A DNA stretch of 64,000 nucleotides from a virus (taxonomy: Duplodnaviria > Caudoviricetes): positions 130-64,129 of IMG/VR virus record IMGVR_UViG_3300011114_000269; one strand, 5' to 3'. Each line of letters opens with the position of its first letter. Positions within the stretch are counted from its first letter, which is position 1. A model generated the notes under the pieces. It did not search any database. It was not told where the DNA came from and worked only from the letters and a program-made list of their open reading frames with translations. Positions 14,681 through 25,100 of this stretch are shown one piece after another. A program made the translations under genes and the position numbers.

Positions 14681-14780
14681 TAGTCGTGTGCAACAGTTGA
14701 AAGCCGTTACTCATGCATTGGCCTCCATCTAGGAGGACACGACCCAGTGCAGTAGTAACGGCTTTTTTCGTTTCCGACTA
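14681..14780 (+). ncRNA. c4-like antisense RNA with adjacent complementary site
   Basis: AAAGCCGTTACT/AGTAACGGCTTT stem, inner CCTCC/GGAGG hairpin, unpaired ACACGAC complementary to GTCGTGT at 14683. Confidence 0.55.
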
Positions 14781-14798
14781 TTCCCGTCAGGGCGCGTT

Positions 14799-15110
14799 AG
14801 CTAATACGGCAGAAATCTCCGGTACCCAGATATGACCTTACCCTTGCAGTCAAGGGCCGCATCCTAAGGAAGCCGTGCGGGGCTGGCAAATGATTCAAGG
14901 CCAGCAGGAAAGAGGGTAACTAACAGATGAACGAGCGGTAAGATGGAAGCATCAGGGCGTACCGAATAAGCGCCACCCTCATAGAAACCGAATCCGGCAC
15001 ACCACCGCACTTGGGAAACCCGCCGATAGGGAATCCGGAGAACTGCCCTCAACCCCCAATACCGGGGGGTTCAGAGTAGCGGCTTCCTCTATGGCGAATC
15101 CATTAGTTTT
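14799..15110 (+). ncRNA. Large multibranch structured RNA candidate B (about 310 nt)
   Basis: Eight or more compatible helices, long-range closure and 3' U-tract; no credible ORF. Confidence 0.5.
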
Positions 15111-15214
15111 TTCCTATTGATTTTTTCCTGCGATAGAAATTATTTTCTTTATACCTGTTGTAACGTTTACCGTCCTATGTACAATGAGCGCTCCTAAACC
15201 ACTGGAGAACAGAG

Positions 15215-15565
15215 ATGACATGGAACATTTTTAAACGGATAGCTCAACTAGAGCAGCAGGTAAAAGACCTGACGGACTTTAACGGTGATAAAAGCCGATG
15301 GATTGGGCGGCTAGAGGAAAAGATAAGAAATATAGAGAACAAGCTTTTTATTCAGTCGGTGGAGCGCAATGCATTTAGCGCCGCCCCTGTACGCAGTGAG
15401 GGCAAACAGGTCTTTACTATGTCTGAGGTAGAGCAAGAGAGGGAGCGGAACCGCCAGTACCAGCGTGAGCGGTATGCAATAAGGAAGAATGATAAAGCTG
15501 CGCGTGAGAAAAAGAATGCTTACGCAAGAGCCTATTACGCCCGCACAAAAGGAGCAAAGAAATGA
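15215..15565 (+). CDS. Coiled-coil protein with basic C-terminus
   Basis: GGAG RBS; TTGTAA-16-TACAAT promoter at 15158-15185. Confidence 0.7.
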   Translation: MTWNIFKRIAQLEQQVKDLTDFNGDKSRWIGRLEEKIRNIENKLFIQSVERNAFSAAPVRSEGKQVFTMSEVEQERERNRQYQRERYAIRKNDKAAREKKNAYARAYYARTKGAKK

Positions 15566-15774
15566 GAAAAATACGATTTATGGAGTTGATGAAAGAGCCA
15601 TTCAAAAAGCCAACGCCACTTGAGATGATAGCTGCCGAACTATCGGACGCGCATCTTGAGAAGCTAACCGCCGAGACTGCAGTGGAATATGCCCAGTCAA
15701 TAGTGGACTACAACGTCACACGAATCGCCCGCCTTAATTTGCGATTAGACGAATACAAAACAGGAGATAAGTAA
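15562..15774 (+). CDS. Hypothetical protein (PTPLEMIAAEL...)
   Basis: ATGA overlap. Confidence 0.7.
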   Translation: MRKIRFMELMKEPFKKPTPLEMIAAELSDAHLEKLTAETAVEYAQSIVDYNVTRIARLNLRLDEYKTGDK

Positions 15775-15923
15775 TGGGACAAATCATTGGGCTGCTATGC
15801 ATTGCGGCGTGGTTCACACATGTGTTTACATGCTTTGCTCAAAGCCTGTGGGGATTTTTGTTGGCAGGGGCAATCCTGTTTCCTATTGGCGTTTTGCACG
15901 GGTTTTATCTTTGGGTGCATTGA
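15774..15923 (+). CDS. Small two-TM membrane protein MGQIIGLLCIAAWFTHV... (not in track)
   Basis: AGGAG RBS; TAATG and TGATG coupling. Confidence 0.6.
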   Translation: MGQIIGLLCIAAWFTHVFTCFAQSLWGFLLAGAILFPIGVLHGFYLWVH

Positions 15924-16177
15924 TGAAGCTTGAATCAATAAGTGTAAGGTGGCAAAAGAAGAAATCAGGGATTATTTATGAGCCGCTATATACATTGCCT
16001 GAGATAGCAGACAGGTTGGGCATGGAACACAAAACTATTGTTGGGTACATGAAAAGCAAAGGAGAGGGCAAACCCAAACCAGTAATGCATTCAAATTCAA
16101 GCCTAAGGATGAAGCAAAACCTTTACAAACTATCTGAGTTTAAAGTTTGGATTAAAACTTTGGAGAAGTACAAGTGA
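15923..16177 (+). CDS. HTH/excisionase-like DNA-binding protein
   Basis: YTLPEIADRLGMEHKTI. Confidence 0.55.
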   Translation: MKLESISVRWQKKKSGIIYEPLYTLPEIADRLGMEHKTIVGYMKSKGEGKPKPVMHSNSSLRMKQNLYKLSEFKVWIKTLEKYK

Positions 16178-16590
16178 TTGACAAGGAAACGCTATGGGCG
16201 GGTTCGCCTGTACCCGTGAACGACCACAACAACTGCAAGTGTGAAGACTGCATCATCATCCGTTGGTTAAAAGCCGAGAAAGAAGTTGTTGCCCTACACA
16301 AAATACTTAAAGGGCAAAAGCAAAAGTGGGTAACGATGGTAATGGTTGAGGGCATCTCGCAACATAAGTGGCACACAGATGAAGCAATCAAAGAAGTCAA
16401 AGCACTTTGGGCCTCATGCCAAGTACCTGACTCACACCTTGAAGACCCTGACGACATCTTGCCTAAGTTGCTCAGATATACACAAGCAATTGATGCTGGT
16501 CTAAAAGAGAAAAATTGGGATGCATTTGTTTTTGGAAACCGCTTTGAAGAACACGCTGATTTATTACACACCGAAGGAGAAATGAAATGA
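16174..16590 (+). CDS. Hypothetical protein
   Basis: Packed ORF. Confidence 0.55.
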   Translation: MIDKETLWAGSPVPVNDHNNCKCEDCIIIRWLKAEKEVVALHKILKGQKQKWVTMVMVEGISQHKWHTDEAIKEVKALWASCQVPDSHLEDPDDILPKLLRYTQAIDAGLKEKNWDAFVFGNRFEEHADLLHTEGEMK

Positions 16591-16826
16591 AAGACGAGAT
16601 TGCAGGTACGATTTACGCCAAGGAATACACTGATTGGCACATCAAGACCGGAGGCTTTGCAAGGGACATGACATTGCGTGACCACTTTGCGGCTCAGGCA
16701 ATGACGACCATGTTCTACCCAGCAATCATGGAGTCAATACGCACAGACGAAGACCTAGACTGCTTGGCGGTTGCGGGGTTTGCGTACAAGATGGCAGATG
16801 CCATACTCAAGGAGAGAAACAAATGA
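16587..16826 (+). CDS. MTLRDHFAAQAM-family phage protein
   Basis: MTLRDHFAAQAM..AYKMADAILKER. Confidence 0.75.
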   Translation: MKDEIAGTIYAKEYTDWHIKTGGFARDMTLRDHFAAQAMTTMFYPAIMESIRTDEDLDCLAVAGFAYKMADAILKERNK

Positions 16827-17008
16827 CAGGCTGGACGCTGATACTTTATATCTATGCGGGGATGCTAGCGCCTGATAACAGTGTTGCGCTTACCCATATC
16901 CAAGGCTTTAAGACAGAGGGGAATTGTTGGGCAGCGGGTGCTGCGGCAAGGTCATTGGTAAAAGAAAGCTTAAAGGACTTGCGCTTTGTATGTATTAAAC
17001 AGGAGTAA
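16823..17008 (+). CDS. Small exported or membrane protein
   Basis: Hydrophobic N-terminus, two Cys. Confidence 0.6.
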   Translation: MTGWTLILYIYAGMLAPDNSVALTHIQGFKTEGNCWAAGAAARSLVKESLKDLRFVCIKQE

Positions 17009-17011
17009 AAA

Positions 17012-17386
17012 ATGAAAAAACTTATCGCTATCACCTCTGCTGTAGCGGCACTCGCAGGTTGCTCGGACGCAGACGTTGCATCGGCAAATTTATCTAAGGC
17101 GGCAGACCAGTTTGAAATCACGCGCCGTGTGGTGTTCTACAACGGCATCACTGGCGACTACATGCTGACTGTCGAGGGATTATGTTCGCTGGGCAATCAC
17201 GATAAAGGCAGGGAACTGTCCATCACTTGCAAGGTGGGGCCAAGCAGCTACAAGAAGCACTTCCTCGGCCTGTCCGACAACGTGACGTACTTTGTTGAGC
17301 AACTACAACCCAACACCGCCAGCGTGTACCACTATCGTGTAGTGTTTAAACCCGCTGCAATCATCCCTGATGTGGAGGTCAAATGA
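17012..17386 (+). CDS. Phage lipoprotein
   Basis: Lipobox LAGC; SDADVASANLSKAADQFEITRRVVFYNGIT. Confidence 0.85.
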   Translation: MKKLIAITSAVAALAGCSDADVASANLSKAADQFEITRRVVFYNGITGDYMLTVEGLCSLGNHDKGRELSITCKVGPSSYKKHFLGLSDNVTYFVEQLQPNTASVYHYRVVFKPAAIIPDVEVK

Positions 17387-17988
17387 ACTGCTGTAACGCA
17401 AACGGAGTGTGCGACCAAGGCAAAGACTGTCCGGTACGCAAGCAGCGTTTAAAAGAAATCAATGATGCTTACGCCAATGGGCACAAGGACGCGCAGCTAG
17501 ACGACCCTATAGATGACCTTGCCGACACGTTTAAAGCACTGCTAACCATGATGACTGCGGTGCTTGGCGTGTGGATTGTTTGCTTGATTATTTGGGGGAA
17601 GTGATGAACATCATTGAACTAGCTAAACAGGCTGAAGAATATGCAAACAATATTGTTCAGTCAAACGACAACGATTACGCTTGGGGATTTTTAAGAGATC
17701 AAAAGTTTGCCAACTTGGTAGAAGCAGCAGCCCGTGCTGATGAGCGTGAGGCGCTTAAAAAAATTGACTGGACTGCTTTGATGCGCGAAGGTAGCTTGGT
17801 GACATGGGGCGATGCACAGGAACTTGGTGGTCGAGTAATTGCAGCCATTCGCGCAAGGGGGGCAAAATGACAGGCTATTACTGCGTAGTATGCGGTAAGT
17901 TTTTACCAGCAGATGAGCATGGTGTTATCGTGCATGACGATGTGCCGCACCCTGTTGATATGGACTTTGGAGACGAGGAAAAGCCGCA

Positions 17989-18666
17989 ATGACACCTTTA
18001 ATACGGGAAATGGTAAAGATGGTGTCTGTAGCTAAACTTGACCCAACGCAGATGCAGTGGTTTGATGTGACTGGAGCAATCAAAGAATACATTGGCTACG
18101 ACCAAAAAAAGTATTTACTGCATCCAGCACCCTACAAAAACATGATGCTTTGCGGAAAGACCGAGCAGGGTGATTTCATGTTGTCGGTGCTGGCAGAGCC
18201 TATAGCAACCATTGTGACTGGTTGGATTATGAAACCAACGGGGTACAAAACACTTGGGACTTTTTTGTTTGCTGAAGACAATGGAGAGCCAAAGACGGGC
18301 GAGGTTGACAAGCCAATTGACCCGCAAGACCAGTCAATGATGTGCGCAATTGTGGCTATGTTTTACGCATCGTTGGATATGCCTGTAGAGGCTTATGTCC
18401 CAACAGCAAAAAACACATTTACAAACCGCCGTAAGATTAAAGAAGGCAAGCTGCCCACATACGACTGGCACACAATAATGATTGAGCCGCCTAAAAAAAG
18501 CCAAGAACACCAAGGCGGGACACACGCAAGCCCACGAAGGCATCAAGCAAGGGGTCATTGGCGCACATATAAATCCGGCAAGCGTGGTTGGGTCAAAGAA
18601 TGCTGGAGGGGTGATGCAACCAAAGGAACGGTATTTAAAGATTATGAATTAAGGGGAACAACATGA
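17989..18666 (+). CDS. Conserved phage protein (HASPRRHQARGHWR family)
   Basis: C-terminal motif; GAGG RBS. Confidence 0.75.
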   Translation: MTPLIREMVKMVSVAKLDPTQMQWFDVTGAIKEYIGYDQKKYLLHPAPYKNMMLCGKTEQGDFMLSVLAEPIATIVTGWIMKPTGYKTLGTFLFAEDNGEPKTGEVDKPIDPQDQSMMCAIVAMFYASLDMPVEAYVPTAKNTFTNRRKIKEGKLPTYDWHTIMIEPPKKSQEHQGGTHASPRRHQARGHWRTYKSGKRGWVKECWRGDATKGTVFKDYELRGTT

Positions 18667-18742
18667 CAGGCTATCAATCTTATTGCGTGTACTGCAAACG
18701 ACCTGTGTTTACGATATTAACCAAGTGTAGGAGTTGCGGAAA

Positions 18743-20919
18743 ATGACAGGCTATCAATCAAAACGCGCTGCGGCGCAGGACAAGTTGGCACAGCCAGCGC
18801 AGGAGCCTGTGGCAAATGACAGAGCATTGCAACTTGTTACACATCAATTAAATCATTGGGTAGCTTATGCGACAGAGTTGCGAGAAAGGCTGAATAAGTA
18901 CGAAGGCGGTGCGCCAATGCTTTTAAACACCACCCCACCACAGCGCCCGTGGGTAGAGCCGACGGGTAATGAATGGTTTGAATGGTGGCGTGTATCACCA
19001 ATAGCAGATGAAACGGAAACGGAAATTGACTTTGCTGACTTCTTAATTATTGCTCAGGCTGTGGTGGCTAAATTAAAGGAACTCAACAATGGATGAAGAT
19101 GATGATATTCAAGTCTACAAAGACGATGGCAATGCGCTGCTGATTGCATACCAAAGCGGGTATTACGATGGCAAGAAAGCAGCACTAGCTGGTCTGGAGC
19201 AAAACTTCTGCCCCCGATGCGGTAAGCGCACAAAAGACATCCACACTTGCACACCACCACAGGAGAACGCATGAGCCAACTAACGTACAAACAACTTGCC
19301 ACTTTGTTGGACAAGCTGGTAAACCAAGGCGTGTTGTATCACGCAAACAAAGAACTAATGCGTACCAATATGCTAGCCACGTTGCAAGCTGAACTGCCCC
19401 ACATGGACGAGGGGTGCTGGGAGCGTGGGTGTTTTGGTATAGATGGTTTTAAGGAGAAGAACAATGGCTGAACGACTAATGGCAAAGCTGGACAGGCTTG
19501 GCGCTGAAGCTGGCATCAAGCAGATGACACCTGAGATATATAAGTTTTCCATGCTGGTGCGTGCTGATACGGTAGAGCAGTGGCCCCAGCGTGAGTGGGT
19601 AGACCTGACGGATGAGGAGATTAGCGAAATTGCAATTAACAACCCACCAATGGTGCATGAGTTTGCCCGCGCAGTGCTGGCTAAATCAAAGGAGAAGAAC
19701 AATGGATAACAAAGTTCAATCACTAGCAAATAACCCCGACTACGCCAAGTGTCCACGATGCTGGCACTACACACATGAAGGGCTGCTTAACTTTGATGGT
19801 CTGTGCGACAGGTGTTGCAGAACATTGGTTGATAACTACCCTGACCATGAGAGCGTACCGCACATTACTGCCAACTGGAATAAACAAAAGGAGAGCGCAT
19901 GAGAACATCAATAATGATGCGTTGCCCAAAATGCGCCGAGAACAGTCAGTTAGACCATATCCATTTGTTAGATCACACGTTTAAACGTGAGTGGGTAGGA
20001 TTGACGGATGATGCAGAAATACTTGCTATTAGCAATACTATGCCGTATGCAGACAGATTTGAATTTGCCCGTGCAATTGAAACCGTACTTAAGGAGAAGA
20101 ACAATGGATGAAACATTTGAAGCAGTTGTTGCAGGGGCCAAGGCAAACGGTTCTTGGGGTAATAAGTACCCTACCGCATGGTATGACCCAACTAACCGCC
20201 ACGTTAGTACGGACAAGAACGACCCCTTGTTTACGCCGCTTGGTCAGTTGTGGCCTTTGGATAATGTTGAAGAACACAAACGCACCATTGCAAAATTGCA
20301 GCTTGAGGTAAAAGAACTTAACAATGAATGTACGGAGATATACGGTTTACTGGCGTTGGCACATCTAAACATAGAGCAACACCTTAAGTATGGATTCAGC
20401 CCCTTAACCGCAAAGTCCACGCTAATATCCGTTGGTCGGCACTACCCAAAATTAAAAGCAGAGAAGGAGAAGAACACATGACACCAATTGAATTTGTTAT
20501 TTTTGAGGGCGACAGTACGCCTAACCAACCTGTGTATCAAATAGCAGAAGCCATGCAAAAGATAATAAAAATCTTTGGTGACAGCAAAGAGTGGGAAGTT
20601 CTTAGTTACTACTGGAATGAGGGCCACATGACGCTGGATATACAGGAGAAAAATCATGGATGATAAATGGATTAAACAATTTGAACTACCCGCACACAGC
20701 GAAGCTACCAAAGACAACATAACTGTAGAGGGCATAAACGCTGATTACGTTTGGTATCACTCCGAACTACTCAAGCAGAAGATGCAAACATGGCAGACTG
20801 AGTTTGAGCGCGTAATAAAAGTTATGAACGCACGGCATGGTGAACACCTAGTCATCATTGGAGACTTGATGCGCCAAAATGCTGCGCTTAAGGAAAAGCT
20901 GAAAGAGAAAAATGCATGA
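18743..20919 (+). other. Array of small mosaic ORFs (starts 18743, 19089, 19271, 19464, 19702, 19899, 20104, 20478, 20656) joined by a recurrent junction
   Basis: AAGGAGAAGAACAATGG at 19451, 19689 and 20091 plus variants; shared EWVxLTD..FARA..KEKNNG C-termini. Confidence 0.75.
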
Positions 20920-21158
20920 GTAAGTCAAGACACCCAGAACTACGTGAAATACTTTTACAACATGAGGAAGGACTAACGGCATCTGAAATAGCCAAATACG
21001 CAAACATGAAATCTGACAACGTAACCCAATCAATTAAAACAATGATGGACGTTTACATTGACCGATGGACAAAGCCAAAGAAAGGCATTAAGTATGTACC
21101 TGTTTACATTGCCGTAAAAATTCCAGAGGACTGCCCTGCCCCATATGCCAAAACCTAA
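20916..21158 (+). CDS. Winged-HTH small protein
   Basis: EGLTASEIAK..DVYIDRW. Confidence 0.6.
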   Translation: MSKSRHPELREILLQHEEGLTASEIAKYANMKSDNVTQSIKTMMDVYIDRWTKPKKGIKYVPVYIAVKIPEDCPAPYAKT

Positions 21159-21300
21159 AACAGAAATCACAGGACAACCTACAAGAGTAGGCATACGGTT
21201 AACGCTATTGCAGCGTGACGAATACCGCAGATTGGGCGGGCCAGCTTGGCTCAGAAAACTGCTAAACCTAAGCATAGTAAAACGCCAAAAAAGGAAATAG
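21145..21300 (+). CDS. Small RHH-like protein MPKPKTEITG..LGGPAWLRKLL (not in track)
   Basis: GAGGA RBS; 51 aa. Confidence 0.55.
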   Translation: MPKPKTEITGQPTRVGIRLTLLQRDEYRRLGGPAWLRKLLNLSIVKRQKRK

Positions 21301-21302
21301 AA

Positions 21303-22067
21303 ATGACAGTCTTAAACATCAAACTTATCCGCATGGATTGCGGCACACAGTCCCGCGACGCAAACGATCAGGAGCATATTGACTTCTTAGCCGAGCAGCT
21401 ACAGAGTGGGGAAACACTACCTCCGATTACTGTAGTCCATGACGGGCTAGAGTATTACCTAGCAGATGGATTCCACCGTGTACACGCCCACATCAAGCTA
21501 GGCAAGGCCAGCATCAAGTGTGATGTTGTTACCGGAACCCTGCGCCACGCCATTGACCTTAGCGGCATGGCTAACAAGACACACGGATTGAACCGTTCCC
21601 ACGCCACAAAGCGCAAGCAGGTATTAATTTACTTGGAAGACTTTGAGTGGAGCGAATTGAGCGACAGGCAGATAGCCAAAAAGGTAGGGGTTAGCCATCC
21701 ATTCGTTGCGAATTTACGCGCAGAGTTATCTGGCAAAAAAGAAAACCCTAAAGCACCAAAGAAAGCTGATACAAAAAAGACACCTGAACCCGTCAACGAG
21801 GTAGACCTGAGCGAAGAATCAGATGAGATGGTAGAGGAGTTGATTAAAGAAAACCAACGGCTATCAGACCAATTGGCTATCAAAGCTATGGCAGGGACAG
21901 AGGAAGAAAAGAACCTAGCGCATGAAACCATAGAGAGTTTGCGCGAGGAACTTAGGGTAGCCAAGCTGGAACTGGCGGCGGTAAAGCAAAGCCGCGATAC
22001 CTTCCAGTCCGAAAATGCCCAGCTTAAAAAGCAGGTTGCTATGCTTCAGAAACAGCTAAAAAAGTAG
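21303..22067 (+). CDS. parB: ParB/Srx-domain protein with HTH and C-terminal coiled coil
   Basis: LPPITV..LADGFHRVHA; SDRQIAKKVGVSHPFVANLR. Confidence 0.82.
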   Translation: MTVLNIKLIRMDCGTQSRDANDQEHIDFLAEQLQSGETLPPITVVHDGLEYYLADGFHRVHAHIKLGKASIKCDVVTGTLRHAIDLSGMANKTHGLNRSHATKRKQVLIYLEDFEWSELSDRQIAKKVGVSHPFVANLRAELSGKKENPKAPKKADTKKTPEPVNEVDLSEESDEMVEELIKENQRLSDQLAIKAMAGTEEEKNLAHETIESLREELRVAKLELAAVKQSRDTFQSENAQLKKQVAMLQKQLKK

Positions 22068-22077
22068 TCAATATAAT

Positions 22078-22150
22078 AAACATTCCGAGTGGTAACGTTA
22101 CCACATGAGACTAATTCTAGAAACCCGTCATAAGCTGTTGATTTATAACG
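22078..22150. promoter_or_regulatory. Palindrome copy 2 plus IHF-consensus site
   Basis: GTGGTAACGTTACCAC at 22089-22104; AATCAAcagcTTA on the - strand at 22131-22143. Confidence 0.75.
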
Positions 22151-25100
22151 CTAAATTTTAGCCATTTCTCGCAGATTTTTAACATTGATTGCTTTTAGCA
22201 TCGTTGTTTCTGCTTCGCGTAGCTGTTTAATCTGCTGTTGTTTCTCGTCGGAGTCCATGACTGAAGTTGGCAAGTTGCTAATTCTGGTCATGGCCTTCCG
22301 AATCTCGCCCAGCTTTTTGTCAATTCCTTGAACCCCTTTGGACACGGTAAGCTTTGCCATTACGTCTGGATTGGCAATGTACTCAGCAATTTTCTCGGGG
22401 TTACGCTGCTTGAGATCGGATAGTGTGTTGGTTACTTTTGCAACCTCATCGCGCAGGACATAAAAGTCTGCCTTCAAAGCTGATTCTTTGTCCTTGGAAA
22501 CAAAGGAACTAGCACCCGGAAGAGTAGCCAGCATATCTTTGGTAGACATAGTTGGCTTGTCCACATTGGGATCGCTATGCAACAAGGGGTTGGTCATGTA
22601 TATGATTAGACCGCCAGCAGAACCAAACATTCCCCTCATTAAGTGGTCAACTGCTATAGGAGATACAAGCCCTGTATTACCAAGAATCTTAGCAAGCTCA
22701 GACGTAGACTCATTAAACTGCCGTTCTTTCTCTAGCCGTTTCTGGTACTCGCCAATCAGCGGACGGCCTTGGAAGAAGTCATAGTTAACCAATACTTCTA
22801 AGCCGGGTTTGATGGCTTGCGGAACAACAGTCGGGCTAAAGAAAGAATTGCCCAAAGCGTTCTTCATAGAGTCGCGGAACTTGCGCCCATCCTCATAACC
22901 CTTGTCAGTAATCATCAGGTACATATGCTCCGTAATGATCTTGGGAATGGAAAATAAGTCAGACCGCAGCGGAATACCAAATCCATTAGTACCCGGAACC
23001 ATCAGCATACGATCACGGATTGCCGCTGGCTTCTTTAAATAATCTTCGTCGTCACCATTCATCATGGCGTACAGCAACGATAGAGTCATAACCGATGCAG
23101 TCGTACCAACTAAAGCGCCAAGCGCAGCTTTACGCTCTGTTGGAGATGTGCCTACGCCACTGATTGTTTTAAGTGCCACGTTCTGCGCAGCAAGATAAGC
23201 GCCAAAGAACGGAATCACTTGGCTTGCAATAGCTAACGATTGACTTGTTCCTTTGCGACGGATATTCCAAATCTCAAAAGACTTTTCTAACGCCTCTGCT
23301 TTGCTAAGTCCTTGGGCTGTTGCTGCTTCGTAGGTAGCCTGACGCACAGCGTTATCTCCTGCCATAGCAACATGCTCTAAAACGCTTTTTAGCTTACCAA
23401 GAATACCGGGAGAAGATTTCATCCCGGCGTACACCTGAGCATCTAGCCTAGCCATCTGGGAAGTAAAGTCCCTGACTCCAACAACGCCGTACTTTTTCAA
23501 CTCATTGTTAGTTGCACTACGATGGGCCAAGGTTTTAATAAACTCTTTAACCGCACGCGCCGGAATCTGCAAAGCATACGGAGCTTTCAATCCAGACGTA
23601 AACATAGCTGCAAATGCGTCCTGTGGAATCTGTGCCACCGTAAACAAAGGATTAAGAACAACAGATTGACGAAGGATATTGGCTACAGTTGAAGCCCATT
23701 TCCAAGCTGGGATAGATATAGATTCCAAGCCGGTAAACGCTTCTACAAACATGGGATCAGCCATGTCATAGAACTCTTCTTTACCATTCCTCCAAACGCG
23801 AATTGCATTGTCGCCGTCTGATTTACTCTCAATCCTTTTGGCTTGACCAAACTCAGATGCCGTATCAATCAGCGCCAAGGCAGAACGATTGCGGACAGCG
23901 CGGTTAACAGAGTACTGCATCCAGCGATTCATGTTGTCAAAGATGTCATTGACGGGCTTACTAGAACCCTTCAATTTCTTTTCTTGCGCTTGAACCATCA
24001 GACCACGGATATATTCCTTTGGCCCTTTACCTTTTTCCAATTGCTCTTCGCGGAAGAACGGAACATAGTCGGCATTGCTCAAAAGGAATTCAGCTTCCTC
24101 TTTGCTCCATAGACCACTATCTACCAACATGTTGGCAGCGTTGTCCCGCATCTGATTCCATGTTTCTACTACGCCGTTCAACTCAGGAATAACTTTGAAC
24201 AGCTTATTTCCAGCAGATATTTCTGCGCCGGTCATGTGGATAAATTTGGTTTCTTTGGAACGCCGAGTAGCCTTCTCTCTCAATGCATGTGCTGCAACTT
24301 CCTTGCCATCCATAGCAAGCTTGTCAGCCTCTGCCCGCATTTCTGCTACTTCTTGATCCACCTGATTGTTGAATTGCAGCAGCGACTTCAGCCGCTTGGC
24401 TTCAAACGCAGTGTGACCTATCAACTCTGTCTGGGCTTGTGTAAGACCGTACTTCTCTTTAATCTCTCCAAGCTGTTTTGCCAGTTCAACAATGTTTGAC
24501 TTGTCTTCTACAGCTTCGTACTTGTACAGATCTTTGTTGTATTTAAGATTGCCGGACGTAAGGAACAAGTTAGCCAATGCGTCTGCGTGAACCACTTGGC
24601 TCTGGCTAATGTTAAGCATCGTACCAATGGCTTGCTGATTGTCCGTAACAAATTCCTCTACGCCCCTGCGGATAGAATTGTTTATAGCTGCATCACTAGA
24701 GAATGACCATGTTTGGAGTTTGTCACTCCATTTAACAACGCCAGCTTTGGCTGCGGCAGCAGTAGCTTTTGGGTTGTCAGTTATATTGTTCCAACCCGCT
24801 CTAATTTGCTCTTTATAAGTAGGATCTGGTTGTGCGCTTACACGGCCTAGCCCGCCAGTAATATTCAGGGCTTCTTGGCCTTTCTCAGTACCGGCTTTTT
24901 CTTCGCCCGCTTGAGAGCGTAGGCTCTTACTCTCAGTCTCTACCCGTCCTGATGTTGGTTTAAGCGCACCCTTTTCCGCCTTTCTAAAGATTTGTTCGGC
25001 AGATTCCATTTTTGTCAAAGCAGACTTAATAGATTGAAATAGATTACGCAGCTTTTGAAGGATAGCTTGAATCATTCCTGCTGGCGGCTTGTTAGCATCA

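Noticed and set aside
14299-14683. Track ORFs 14393..14683 (+) and 14299..14574 (-)
   Set aside because: They overlap the tRNA and structured RNA, lack an RBS and have no protein-like motifs
13283-15140. CGATAGAAA motif at about 2248, 13285 (reverse) and 15132 as a LysR/OxyR operator
   Set aside because: Short, AT-rich and lacking the full dyad spacing; cannot be supported without statistics
15923-16177. Lysogeny module (excisionase-like HTH)
   Set aside because: No tyrosine or serine integrase and no CI-type repressor recognised in the window
19451-20107. Recurrent 17-mers as a CRISPR array
   Set aside because: Spacing is irregular (238 and 402 bp) and the intervals are ORFs
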